Assembly (NCBI GenBank): GCA_964016885.1
Contig: OZ024757.1
Location: forward strand, 43,276,001-43,340,000
Direction of reading: 5' to 3'
Source of the DNA: Eledone cirrhosa
Taxonomy: Eukaryota
Length of the DNA stretch: 64,000 bases
Shown: in pieces, positions 47,632-61,417 of the stretch
Position numbering within the stretch: the stretch's first letter is position 1
Layout of the letters: each line of letters starts with the position of its first letter
Position numbers and translations under genes: made by a program
Notes under the pieces: model-generated
Databases searched by the model: none
Told to the model about the DNA's origin: nothing
What the model saw: the letters and a program-made list of their open reading frames with translations, nothing else

Positions 47632-50600
47632 GTGCCCATGCGCCAAGACCGCCAGACCGTACTGCGCACGCGCCGAGACGGCCTGATCGTAGTGCGCATG
47701 CGCCAAAGCCGCCTAACCGTAGTGCGCATGCGCCAAGGCCGCCGATACATAGTGCACATGCGCCAAGGCCGTCGGACCATACTGCGCATGCACCAAGGGC
47801 GCCGGACCGTTGTGCGCATGCGCCAAGGCCACCTGACTGTACTGCGCATGCGTCAAGGTCGCAGTACCGAACTGCGCATGCGCTAAGGCCGCCGGACCGT
47901 AGTGCGCATGCACCAAGGCCGCCGGACCGTTGTGCCCATGCGCAAAGAACGATGGCCCTTAGTGCGCATGCGCCAAGGCCGTCGGAACGTACTGCGCATG
48001 CGCTAAGGCCGCCGGACCTTACTGCGCATGCGCCAAGGCCACTGGACAGTACTGCGCATGCGCCAAGGCCACCGGAACGTAGTGCGCATGCGCCAAGGCC
48101 GCCGTACCGTTGTGCGCATGCGCCAAGGCCGCTGGACCGTACTGCGCATGCGCAAAGGCCACCGGAACGTAGTGCGCATGCGCCAAGGCCGCCGGAACGT
48201 AGTGCGCATGCGCGAAGGCCGCCGGACCGTTGTGCGCATGCGCAAAGACCGCTGACCCTTAGTGCGCATGCGCCATGGCCGCCGGACCTTACTGCGCATG
48301 CGCTAAGGCCGCCGGACCTCACTGCGCATGCGCCAAGGCCACTGGACTGTACTGCGCATGCGCCAAGGCCACCAGGACGTAGTGCGCATGCGCCAAGGCC
48401 ATCGGACCGTAGTGCGCATGCTTGAAGTCTGCCAGACCGTAGTGCGCATGCGCCAAAGCCACCGGACCGTACTGCGCATGTGCCAAGGCCACCGGAACGT
48501 AGTGCGCATGCGGCAAGGCCGCCGGACCGTAGTGCGCATGCGCCAAGACCGCCGGACCGTAGTGCGCGTGCGCCAAGGCCGCCAGACCGTAGTGCGCATG
48601 CGCCAAGGTCGCCGGGCCGTACTGCGCATGCGCCAAGGCCGCCGGGCTGTAGTGCGCATGCTCCAATGCTGCTAGACCGTAGTGCGCATGCACCAAAGCC
48701 GCCGGACCGTAGTGCGCATGCGCCAAGGCCGCCGGACCGTAGTGCGCATGCACCAAGGCCGCCGGACCGTTGTGCGCATGCGCAAAGAACGATGGCCCTT
48801 AGTGCGCATGCGCCAAGGCCGCCGGAACGTACTGCGCATGCGCTAAGGCCGCCGGACCTTACTGCGCATGCGCCAAGGCCACTGGACAGTACTGCGCATG
48901 CGTCAAGGCCACCGGAACGTAGTGCGCATGCGCCAAGGCCGCCGTACCATTGTGCGCATGCGCAAAGACCGCTGGCCCTTAGTGCGCATGCGCCATGGCC
49001 GCCGGACCTTACTGCGCATGCGCTAAGGCCGCCGGGCCTTACTGCGCATGCGCCAAGGCCACTGGACTGTTCTGTGCAGGCGCCAAGGCCAGCAGGACGT
49101 AGTGCGCATGCGCCAAGGCCATCGGACCGTAGTGCGCATGCGCCAAGTCTGCCAGACCGTAGTGCGCATGCGCCAAAGCCACCGGACCGTACTGCGCATG
49201 TGCCAAGGCCACCGGAACGTAGTGCGCATGCGGCAAGGTCGCCGGACCGTAGTGCGCATGCGCCAAGACCGCCGGACCGTAGTGCGCGTGCGCCAAGGCC
49301 GCCAGACCGTAGGGCGCATGCGCCAAGGTCGCCGGGCCGTACTGCGCATGCGCCAAGGCCGCCGGGCTGTAGTGCGCATGCCCCAATGCTGCTAGACCGT
49401 AGTGCGCATGCACCAAAGCCGCCGGACCGTAGTGCGCATGCGCCAAGGCCGCCGGACCGTAGTGCGCATGCACCAAGGCCGCCGGACCGTTGTGCGCATG
49501 CGCAAAGAACGATGGCCCTTCGTGCGCATGCGCCAAGGCCGCCGGAACGTACTGCGCATGCGCTAAGGCTGCCGGACCTTACTGCGCATGCGCCAAGGCC
49601 ACTGGACAGTACTGCGCATGCGCCAAGGCCACCGGAACGTAGTGCGCATGCACCAAAGCCGCCGGACCGTAGTGCGCAGGCGCGAAGGCCGCCGGACCGT
49701 TGTGCGCATGCGCAAAGACCGCTGGCCCTTAGTGCGCATGCGCCATGGCCGCCGGACCTTACTGCGCATGCGATAAGGCCACTGGACCGTAGTGCGCATG
49801 CGCTAAGGCTGCCGGACCTTACTGCGCATGCGCCAAGGCCACTGGACAGTACTGAGCATGCGCCAAGGCCACCGGAACGTAGTGCGCATGCGCCAAGGCC
49901 GCCGGAACGTAGTGCGCATGCGGGAAGGTTGCCGGACAGTAGTGCGCATGCGCCAAGGCCACCGAACCGCATGCGCACAAAGATCCGGCGGCCTTGGCGC
50001 ATGCGCAGTACGGTTCGGCGGCCTTGGCGCATGCGCACTACGGTCTGGCGGCCTTGGCACATGCGCACTACCATCCGACGGCCTTGGGGCATGCGCAGTA
50101 AGATCCGGCGGCCTTGGAGCATGCGCACTACGGTCTGGCGGCCTTGGCACATGCGCACTACGGTCCGACGGCCTTGGGGCATGCGCAGTACGATCCGGCG
50201 GTCTTGGTGCATGCGCAGTACCGTCCGGTGGCCTTGGCGCATGCGCACTACGGTGCAGCTGCTTTGGCGCATGCGCAGTACGGTTCGGCGGCCTTAGCGC
50301 ATGCGCACTACGGTCCGGCGGGCTTGGCACATGCGCAGTATGGTCCGGCGACCTTGACGCAGGCGCACTACGGTTCGGCGGCTCTGGCGCATGCGCACTG
50401 CGGTCCGGCGGCCTTGGCGCATACGCAGTACGGTCCGGCGGCCTTAGCGCATGCGCAGTTCGGTACTGGGACCTTGACGCATGCGCAGTACAGTCAGGCG
50501 GCCTTGGCGCATGCGCACTACGGTCCGGCGGCCTTGGCGCATGCGCACTACGGTTCGGCGGCTTTGGCGCATGCGCACTACGATCCGGCGGCCTTGGCGC

Positions 50601-52138
50601 ATGCGCACTACGGTCCGGCAGCCTTGGCGCATGCGCACTACGGTCATGTGGCCTTGGCGCATGCGCACTACGGTACTGCGGCCTTGTCGCATGCGCACTA
50701 CGGTCCGGTGGCTTTGGCGCATGCGCACTACGGTCCGGCGTCCTTGGCGCATGTGCAGTACGGTCCGGTGGCCTTGGCGCATGCGCACTACGGTCCAGCT
50801 GCTTTGGCGCATGCGCAGTACGGTTCAGCGGCCTTAGCGCATGCGCACTACGGTCCGGCGGGCTTGGCGCATGCGCAGTATGGTCCGGCGACCTTGACGC
50901 ATGCGCACTACGGTTCGGCGGCTCTGGCGCATGCGCACTGCGGTCCGGCGGCCTTGGCGCATGCGCAGTACGGTCCGGCGGCCTTAGCGCATGCGCAGTT
51001 CGGTACTGGGACCTTGACGCATGCGCAGTACAGTCAGGCGGCCTTGGCGCATGCGCACTACGGTCCGGCGGCCTTGGCGCATGCGCACTACGGTCCGGCG
51101 TCCTTAACGCATGCGCAGTTCGGTACTGCGACCTTGACGCATGCGCAGTATAGTCAGGCGGCCTTGGCGCATGCGCAGTACGGTCCAGCGGCCTTAGCGC
51201 ATGCGCAGTTCGGTACTGCGACCTTGACGCATGCGCAGTACAGTGAGGTGGCCTTGGCGCATGCGCACTACGGTCCGGCGTCTTTGGCGCATGCGCAGTA
51301 TGGTCCGGCGGCCTTAGCGCATGCGCACTACGGTTCAGCGGCTCTGGCGCATGCGCACTACGGTCCGGCGGTCTTGGTGCATGCGCAGTACGGTACTGGG
51401 ACCTTGACGCATGCGCAGTACAGTCAGGCTGCCTTGGCGCATGCGCAGTACGGTCCGGCGGCCTTAGCGCATGCGCAGTTCGGTACTGCGACCTTGACGC
51501 ATGCGCAGTACAGTCAGGTGGCCTTGGCGCATGCGCACTACGGCCCGGCGTCTTTGGCGCATGCGCACTACTGCCCGGCGGCCTTGGCGCATGCGCAGTA
51601 TGGTCCGGCGGCCTTGGCGCATGCGCACTACGGTTCGGCGGCTCTGGCTCATGCGCACTACGGTCCGGCGGTCTTGGTGCATGCGCAGTACGGTACTGGG
51701 AACTTGATGCATGCGCAGTACAGTCAGGCGGCCTTGGCGCATGCGCACTACGGTCCGGCGGCCTTGGCGCATGCGCAGTACGGTCCGGCGGCCTTAGCGC
51801 ATGCGCAGTTCGGTACTGCGACCTTGACGCATGCGCAGTACAGTCAGGTGGCCTTGGCGCATGCGCAGTACGGTCCGGCGGCCTTAGCGCATGCGCAGTT
51901 CGGTACTGCGGCCTTGACGCATGCGCAGTACAGTCAGGCGGCCTTGGCGCATGCGCACAACGGTCCGGCGCCCTTGGCGCATGCGCAGTATGGTCCGACG
52001 GCCTTGGCGCATGTTCACTATGTATCGGCGGCCTTGGCGCATGCGCACTACGGTTAGGCGGCTTTGGCGCATGCGCACTACGATCAGGCCGTCTCGGCGC
52101 GTGCGTAGTACGGTCTGGCGGTCTTGGCGCATGGGCAC

Positions 52139-52369
52139 GTCATCAAAAAGGACTAACATGGCCGAAATGTCATCATGTATGACTGAAATTACAACAAAAT
52201 GGCTAAGACGGCATAATAAATGACTAAAGTGACAATAAAATGCTAAAACCGTATCATAATTGACTAGAATGACTCTAACACGACTGAAACGTCTAAAATA
52301 ACTATAAATAGCTCTAAAATGGTTAAACTGCATCATAAATTACTAAAATAACTCAAAATGGCTAAATAT
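52139..52369 (-). repeat. AT-rich linker, medium form, reverse orientation
   Basis: Reverse complement of 15403-15633; shares its GAGCTATTT and CAGTCATAC variants. Confidence 0.95.
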
Positions 52370-54292
52370 GGACTGTACTGCGCATGCGCCAAGGCCACCA
52401 GGAAGTAGTGCGCATGCGCCAAGGCCATCGGACCGTAGTGCGCATGCGCCAAGTCTGCCAGACCGTAGTGCGCATGCGCCAAAGCCACCGGACCGTACTG
52501 CGCATGTGCCAAGGCCACCGGAACGTAGTGCGCATGCGGCAAGGTCGCCGGACCGTAGTGCGCATGCGCCAAGACCGCCGGACCGTAGTGCGCGTGCGCC
52601 AAGGCCGCCAGACCGTAGTGCGCATGCGCCAAGGTCGCCGGGCCGTACTGCGCATGCGCCAAGGCCGCCGGGCTGTAGTGCGCATGCCCCAATGCTGCTA
52701 GACCGTAGTGCGCATGCACCAAAGCCGCCGGACCGTAGTGCGCATGCGCCAAGGCTGCCGGACCGTAGTGCGCATGCACCAAGGCCGCCGGACCGTTGTG
52801 CGCATGCGCAAAGAACGATGGCCCTTAGTGCGCATGCGCCAAGGCCGCCGGAACGTACTGCGCATGCGCTAAGGCCGCCGGACCTTACTGCGCATGCGCC
52901 AAGGCCACTGGACAGTACTGCGCATGCGTCAAGGCCACCGGAACGTAGTGCGCATGCGCCAAGGCCGCCGTACCGTTGTGCGCATGCGCAAAGACCGCTG
53001 GCCCTTAGTGCGCATGCGCCATGGCCGCCGGACCTTACTGCGCATGCGCTAAGGCCGCCGGACCTTACTGCGCATGCGCCAAGGCCACTGGACTGTAGTG
53101 CGCATGCCCCACGGCCACTGGACAGTACTGCGCATGCGTCAAGGCCACCGGAACGTAGTGCGCATGCGCCAAGACCGCCGTACCGTTGTGCGCATGCGCC
53201 AAGGCCGCTGGACCGTACTGCGCATGCGCAAAGGCCACCGGAACGTAGGGCGCATGCGCCAAGGCCGCCAGAACGTAGTGCGCATGCGCCAAGGCCGCCG
53301 GACCGTAGTGCGCATGCGCCAAGGCTGCCAGACCGTAGTGCGCATGCGCCAAAGCCGCCGGACCGTACTGCGCATGTGCCAAGGCCACCGGAACGTAGTG
53401 CGCATGCGGGAAGGTCGCCGGACCGTAGTGCGCATGCGCCAAGGCCGCCGAACCGCATGCGCACAAAGGTCCGGCGGCCTTGGCGCATGCGCAGTACGGT
53501 TCGGCGGCCTTGGCGCATGCGCACTACGGTCTGGCGGCATTGGCACATGCGCACTACGGTCCGACGGCCTTGGGGCATGCGCAGTAAGATCCGGCGGTCT
53601 TGGAGCATGCGCACTACGGTCTGGCGGCCTTGGCACATGCGCACTACTGTCCGACGGCCTTGGGGCATGCGCAGTACGATCCGGCGGTCTTGGATCATGC
53701 GCAGTACCGTTCCGTGGCCTTGGCGCATGCGCACTACGGTCCAGCTGCTTTGGCGCATGCGCAGTACGGTTCGGCGGCCTTAGCGCATGCGCACTACGGT
53801 CCGGAGGGCTTGGCGCATGCGCAGTATGGTCCGGCGACCTTGACGCAGGCGCACTACGGTTCGGCGGCTCTGGCGCATGCGCACTGCGGTCCGGCGGCCT
53901 TGGCGCATGCGCAGTACGGTCCGGCGGCCTTAGCGCATGCGCAGTTCGGTACTGGGACCTTGACGCATGCGCAGTACAGTTAGTCGGTCTTGGCGCATGC
54001 GCACTACGGTCCGGCGGCCTTGGCGCATGCGCAGTACGGTTCGGCGGCTTTGGCGCATGCGCACTACGGTCCGGCGGCCTTGGCACATGCGCAGTACGGT
54101 CCGGCGGCCTTAACGCATGCGCAGTTCGGTACTGCGACCTTGACGCATGCGCAGTACAGTCAGGCGGCCTTGGCGCATGCGCAGTACGGTCCGGCGGCCT
54201 TAGCGGATGCGCAGTTCGATACTGCGACCTTGACGCATGCGCAGTACAGTCAGGTGGCCTTGGCGCATGCGCAGTACGGTCCGGCGGCCTTG

Positions 54293-54346
54293 AAAATGGT
54301 TAAACTGCATCATAAATTACTAAAATAACTCAAAATGGCTAAATAT
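54293..54346 (-). repeat. AT-rich linker, short form, reverse orientation
   Basis: Reverse complement of 5732-5785. Confidence 0.95.
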
Positions 54347-56443
54347 GGACTGTACTGCGCATGCGCCAAGGCCACCAGGACGTAGTGCGCATGCGCCAAG
54401 TCCATCGGACCGTAGTGCGCATGCGCCAAGTCTGCCAGACCGTAGTGCGCATGCGCCAAAGCCACCGGACCGTACTGCGCATGTGCCAAGGCCACCGAAA
54501 CGTAGTGCGCATGCGGCAAGGTCGCCGGACCGTAGTGCGCATGCGCCAAGACCGCCGGACCGTAGTGCGCGTGCGCCAAGGCCGCCAGACCGTAGTGCGC
54601 ATGCGCCAAGGTCGCCGGACCGTACTGCGCATGCGCCAAGGCCGCCGGGCTGTAGTGCGCATGCCCCAATGCTGCTAGACCGTAGTGCGCATGCACCAAA
54701 GCCACCGGACCGTAGTGCGCATGCGCCAAGGCTGCCGGACCGTAGTGCGCATGCACCAAGGCCGCCGGACCGTTGTGCGCATGCGCAAAGAACGATGGCC
54801 ATCTTAGTGAGCATGCGCCAAGGCCGCCGGAACGTACTGCGCATGCGCTAAGGCCGCCGGACCTTACTGCGCATGCGCCAAGGCCACTGGACAGTACTGC
54901 GCATGCGTCAAGGCCACCAGAACGTAGTGCGCATGCGCCAAGGCCGCCGTACCGTTGTGCGCATGCGCAAAGACCGCTGGCCCTTAGTGCGCATGCGCCA
55001 TGGCCGCCGGACCTTACTGCGCATGCGCCAAGGCCACTGGACTGTAGTGCGCATGCCCCAAGGCCACTGGACAGTACTGCGCATGCGTCAAGGCCACCGG
55101 AACGTAGTGCGCATGCGCCAAGGCCGCCGTACCGTTGTGCGCATGCGCCAAGGCCACTGGACCGTACTGCGCATGCGCAAAGGCCACCGGAACGTAGTGC
55201 GCATGCGCCAAGGCCGCCGGAACGTAGTGCGCATGCGCCAAGGCCGCCGGACCGTAGTGCGCATGCGCCAAGGCTGCCAGACCGTAGTGCGCATGCTCCA
55301 AGACCGCCGGATCTTACTGCGCATGCCCCAAGGCCGTCGGACCGTAGTGCGCATGTGCCAAGGCCGCCAGACCGTAGTGCGCATGCGCCAAGGCCGCCGT
55401 ACCGTACTGCGCATGCGCCAAGGCCGCCGGACCTTTGTGCGCATGCGGTTCGGCGGCCTTGGCGCATGCGCACTACGGTCCGATGGCCTTGGCGCATGCG
55501 CAGTACGCTCCAGTGGCCTTGGCGCATGCGCAGTAAGGTCCGGCGGATTTGGCGCATGCGCACTATGGTCTGTCAGTCTTGGCGCATGCGCACTACGGTC
55601 CAGCGGCCTTGGCGCATGCGCACTACGTTCCGGCGGCCTTGGCGCATGCGCACTACGTTCCGGTGGCCTTTGCGCATGCGCAGTACGGTCCAGCGGCCTT
55701 GGCGCATGCGCACAACGGTACGGCGGCCTTGGCGCATGCGCACTACGTTCCGGTGGCCTTGACGCATGCGCAGTACTGTCCAGTGGCCTTGGGGCATGCG
55801 CACTACAGTCCAGTGGCCTTAGCGCATGCGCAGTAAGGTCCGGCGGCCATGGCGCATGCGCACTAAGGGTCAGCGGTCTTTTCGCATGCGCACAACGGTC
55901 CGGCGGCCTTGGCGCATGCACACTACGGCCCGGCGGCCTTGGCGCCTGCGCACTACGGTCCGGCGGCTTTGGTGCATGCGCACTACGGTCTGGCAGCATT
56001 GGCGCATGCGCACTACGGTCTGGCAGACTTGGCGCATGCGCACTACGGTCCGATGGCCTTGGCGCGTGCGCACTACGTTCTGGTGGCCTTGGCGCATGCA
56101 CAGTACGGTCCAGTGGCCTTGGCGCATGCGCACAACGGTCCGGCGGCCTTGGCGCATGCGCACTACGGTCCGGCAGCTTTGGTGCATGCGCACTACGGTC
56201 TGGCAGCATTGGCGCATGCGCACTACGGTCCGGCGGCCTTGGCGCATGCGCAGTACGGCCCGGCGGCCTTGGCGCATGTGCACTACGGTCTGGCGGCATT
56301 GGCGCATGCGCACTACGGTCCGGCGGCCTTGGCGCATGCGCACTACGGTCCGGCGGCGTTGGCGCATGCGCACTACGGTTCGGAGGCCTTGGCGCATGCG
56401 CACTACGGTCCGACGTCCTTGACGCATGTGCAGTACGGTCCGG

Positions 56444-56709
56444 ATGACTTTTTAGCCATTTTAAGCCTTTGTGTTGCCATATTTAGCCATTTTGAGTTAT
56501 TTTAGTAATTTATGATGCAGTTTAACCATTTTAGAGCCATTTATAGTTATTTTAGACGTTTCAGTCGTGTTAGAGTTATTCTAGTCAATTATGATACGGT
56601 TTTAGCATTTTATTGTCACTTTAGTCATTTATTATGCCGTCTTAGCCATTTTGTTGTAATTTCAGACATACATGATGACATTTCGGCCATGTTAGTCCTT
56701 TTTGATGAC
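56444..56709 (+). repeat. AT-rich linker, full-length form (266 bp)
   Basis: Copy of 47366-47631. Confidence 0.95.
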
Positions 56710-59700
56710 GTGCCCATGCGCCAAGACCGCCAGACCGTACTGCGCACGCGCCGAGACGGCCTGATCGTAGTGCGCATGCGCCAAAGCCGCCTAACCGTAG
56801 TGCGCATGCGCCAAGGCCGCCGATACATAGTGCACATGCGCCAAGGCCGTCGGACCATACTGCGCATGCACCAAGGGCGCCGGACCGTTGTGCGCATGCG
56901 CCAAGGCCACCTGACTGTACTGCGCATGCGTCAAGGTCGCAGTACCGAACTGCGCATGCGCTAAGGCCGCCGGACCGTAGTGCGCATGCACCAAGGCCGC
57001 CGGACCGTTGTGCCCATGCGCAAAGAACGATGGCCCTTAGTGCGCATGCGCCAAGGCCGTCGGAACGTACTGCGCATGCGCTAAGGCCGCCGGACCTTAC
57101 TGCGCATGCGCCAAGGCCACTGGACAGTACTGCGCATGCGCCAAGGCCACCGGAACGTAGTGCGCATGCGCCAAGGCCGCCGTACCGTTGTGCGCATGCG
57201 CCAAGGCCGCTGGACCGTACTGCGCATGCGCAAAGGCCACCGGAACGTAGTGCGCATGCGCCAAGGCCGCCGGAACGTAGTGCGCATGCGCGAAGGCCGC
57301 CGGACCGTTGTGCGCATGCGCAAAGACCGCTGACCCTTAGTGCGCATGCGCCATGGCCGCCGGACCTTACTGCACATGCGCTAAGGCCGCCGGACCTCAC
57401 TGCGCATGCGCCAAGGCCACTGGACTGTACTGCGCATGCGCCAAGGCCACCAGGACGTAGTGCGCATGCGCCAAGGCCATCGGACCGTAGTGCGCATGCT
57501 TCAAGTCTGCCAGACCGTAGTGCGCATGCGCCAAAGCCACCGGACCGTACTGCGCATGTGCCAAGGCCACCGGAACGTAGTGCACATGCGGCAAGGCCGC
57601 CGGACCGTAGTGCGCATGCGCCAAGACCGCCGGACCGTAGTGCGCGTGCGCCAAGGCCGCCAGACCGTAGTGCGCATGCGCCAAGGTCGCCGGGCCGTAC
57701 TGCGCATGCGCCAAGGCCGCCGGGCTGTAGTGCGCATGCTCCAATGCTGCTAGACCGTAGTGCGCATGCACCAAAGCCGCCGGACCGTAGTGCGCATGCG
57801 CCAAGGCCGCCGGACCGTAGTGCGCATGCACCAAGGCCGCCGGACCGTTGTGCGCATGCGCAAAGAACGATGGCCCTTAGTGCGCATGCGCCAAGGCCGC
57901 CGGAACGTACTGCGCATGCGCCAAGGCCACTGGACAGTACTGCGCATGCGTCAAGGCCACCGGAACGTAGTGCGCATGCGCCAAGGCCGCCGTACCATTG
58001 TGCGCATGCGCAAAGACCGCTGGCCCTTAGTGCGCATGCGCCATGGCCGCCGGACCTTACTGCGCATGCGCTAAGGCCGCCGGGCCTTACTGCGCATGCG
58101 CCAAGGCCACTGGACTGTTCTGTGCAGGCGCCAAGGCCAGCAGGACGTAGTGCGCATGCGCCAAGGCCATCGGACCGTAGTGCGCATGCGCCAAGTCTGC
58201 CAGACCGTAGTGCGCATGCGCCAAAGCCACCGGACCGTACTGCGCATGTGCCAAGGCCACCGGAACGTAGTGCGCATGCGGCAAGGTCGCCGGACCGTAG
58301 TGCGCATGCGCCAAGACCGCCGGACCGTAGTGCGCGTGCGCCAAGGCCGCCAGACCGTAGGGCGCATGCGCCAAGGTCGCCGGGCCGTACTGCGCATGCG
58401 CCAAGGCCGCCGGGCTGTAGTGCGCATGCCCCAATGCTGCTAGACCGTAGTGCGCATGCACCAAAGCCGCCGGACCGTAGTGCGCATGCGCCAAGGCCGC
58501 CGGACCGTAGTGCGCATGCACCAATGCCGCCGGACCGTTGTGCGCATGCGCAAAGAACGATGGCCCTTCGTGCGCATGCGCCAAGGCCGCCGGAACGTAC
58601 TGCGCATGCGCTAAGGCTGCCGGACCTTACTGCGCATGCGCCAAGGCCACTGGACAGTACTGCGCATGCGCCAAGGCCACCGGAACGTAGTGCGCATGCA
58701 CCAAAGCCGCCGGACCGTAGTGCGCAGGCGCGAAGGCCGCCGGACCGTTGTGCGCATGCGCAAAGACCGCTGGCCCTTAGTGCGCATGCGCCATGGCCGC
58801 CGGACCTTACTGCGCATGCGATAAGGCCACTGGACCGTAGTGCGCATGCGCTAAGGCTGCCGGACCTTACTGCGCATGCGCCAAGGCCACTGGACAGTAC
58901 TGAGCATGCGCCAAGGCCACCGGAACGTAGTGCGCATGCGCCAAGGCCGCCGGAACGTAGTGCGCATGCGGGAAGGTTGCCGGACAGTAGTGCGCATGCG
59001 CCAAGGCCACCGAACCGCATGCGCACAAAGATCCGGCGGCCTTGGCGCATGCGCAGTACGGTTCGGCGGCCTTGGCGCATGCGCACTACGGTCTGGCGGC
59101 CTTGGCACATGCGCACTACCATCCGACGGCCTTGGGGCATGCGCAGTAAGATCCGGCGGCCTTGGAGCATGCGCACTACGGTCTGGCGGCCTTGGCACAT
59201 GCGCACTACGGTCCGACGGCCTTGGGGCATGCGCAGTACGATCCGGCGGTCTTGGTGCATGCGCAGTACCGTCCGGTGGCCTTGGCGCATGCGCACTACG
59301 GTGCAGCTGCTTTGGCGCATGCGCAGTACGGTTCGGCGGCCTTAGCGCATGCGCACTACGGTCCGGCGGGCTTGGCACATGCGCAGTATGGTCCGGCGAC
59401 CTTGACGCAGGCGCACTACGGTTCGGCGGCTCTGGCGCATGCGCACTGCGGTCCGGCGGCCTTGGCGCATACGCAGTACGGTCCGGCGGCCTTAGCGCAT
59501 GCGCAGTTCGGTACTGGGACCTTGACGCATGCGCAGTACAGTCAGGCGGCCTTGGCGCATGCGCACTACGGTCCGGCGGCCTTGGCGCATGCGCACTACG
59601 GTTCGGCGGCTTTGGCGCATGCGCACTACGATCCGGCGGCCTTGGCGCATGCGCACTATGGTCCGGCAGCCTTGGCGCATGCGCACTACGGTCATGTGGC

Positions 59701-61186
59701 CTTGGCGCATGCGCACTACGGTACTGCGGCCTTGTCGCATGCGCACTACGGTCCGGTGGCTTTGGCGCATGCGCACTACGGTCCGGCGTCCTTGGCGCAT
59801 GTGCAGTACGGTCCGGTGGCCTTGGCGCATGCGCACTACGGTCCAGCTGCTTTGGCGCATGCGCAGTACGGTTCAGCGGCCTTAGCGCATGCGCACTACG
59901 GTCCGGCGGGCTTGGCGCATGCGCAGTATGGTCCGGCGACCTTGACGCATGCGCACTACGGTTCGGCGGCTCTGGCGCATGCGCACTGCGGTCCGGCGGC
60001 CTTGGCGCATGCGCAGTACGGTCCGGCGGCCTTAGCGCATGCGCAGTTCGGTACTGGGACCTTGACGCATGCGCAGTACAGTCAGGCGGCCTTGGCGCAT
60101 GCGCACTACGGTCCGGCGGCCTTGGCGCATGCGCACTACGGTCCGGCGTCCTTAACGCATGCGCAGTTCGGTACTGCGACCTTGACGCATGCGCAGTATA
60201 GTCAGGCGGCCTTGGCGCATGCGCAGTACGGTCCAGCGGCCTTAGCGCATGCGCAGTTCGGTACTGCGACCTTGACGCATGCGCAGTACAGTGAGGTGGC
60301 CTTGGCGCATGCGCACTACGGTCCGGCGTCTTTGGCGCATGCGCAGTATGGTCCGGCGGCCTTAGCGCATGCGCACTACGGTTCAGCGGCTCTGGCGCAT
60401 GCGCACTACGGTCCGGCGGTCTTGGTGCATGCGCAGTACGGTACTGGGACCTTGACGCATGCGCAGTACAGTCAGGCTGCCTTGGCGCATGCGCAGTACG
60501 GTCCGGCGGCCTTAGCGCATGCGCAGTTCGGTACTGCGACCTTGACGCATGCGCAGTACAGTCAGGTGGCCTTGGCGCATGCGCACTACGGCCCGGCGTC
60601 TTTGGCGCATGCGCACTACTGCCCGGCGGCCTTGGCGCATGCGCAGTATGGTCCGGCGGCCTTGGCGCATGCGCACTACGGTTCGGCGGCTCTGGCTCAT
60701 GCGCACTACGGTCCGGCGGTCTTGGTGCATGCGCAGTACGGTGCTGGGAACTTGATGCATGCGCAGTACAGTCAGGCGGCCTTGGCGCATGCGCACTACG
60801 GTCCGGCGGCCTTGGCGCATACGCAGTACGGTCCGGCGGCCTTAGCGCATGCGCAGTTCGGTACTGCGACCTTGACGCATGCGCAGTACAGTCAGGTGGC
60901 CTTGGCGCATGCGCAGTACGGTCCGGCGGCCTTAGCGCATGCGCAGTTCGGTACTGCGGCCTTGACGCATGCGCAGTACAGTCAGGCGGCCTTGGCGCAT
61001 GCGCACAACGGTCCGGCGCCCTTGGCGCATGCGCAGTATGGTCCGACGGCCTTGGCGCATGTTCACTATGTATCGGCGGCCTTGGCGCATGCGCACTACG
61101 GTTAGGCGGCTTTGGCGCATGCGCACTACGATCAGGCCGTCTCGGCGCGTGCGTAGTACGGTCTGGCGGTCTTGGCGCATGGGCAC

Positions 61187-61417
61187 GTCATCAAAAAGGA
61201 CTAACATGGCCGAAATGTCATCATGTATGACTGAAATTACAACAAAATGGCTAAGACGGCATAATAAATGACTAAAGTGACAATAAAATGCTAAAACCGT
61301 ATCATAATTGACTAGAATGACTCTAACACGACTGAAACGTCTAAAATAACTATAAATAGCTCTAAAATGGTTAAACTGCATCATAAATTACTAAAATAAC
61401 TCAAAATGGCTAAATAT
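61187..61417 (-). repeat. AT-rich linker, medium form, reverse orientation
   Basis: Copy of 52139-52369 at offset 9048. Confidence 0.95.

Noticed and set aside
50114-52057. His/Ala/Tyr/Gly-rich ORF superficially like low-complexity cuticular or His-rich structural proteins
   Set aside because: This frame is open mainly in armA-type monomers and is broken by recurrent TAA variants in armB. There is no N-terminal signal or unique flank. Proteomics or ribosome profiling would be needed to reconsider.
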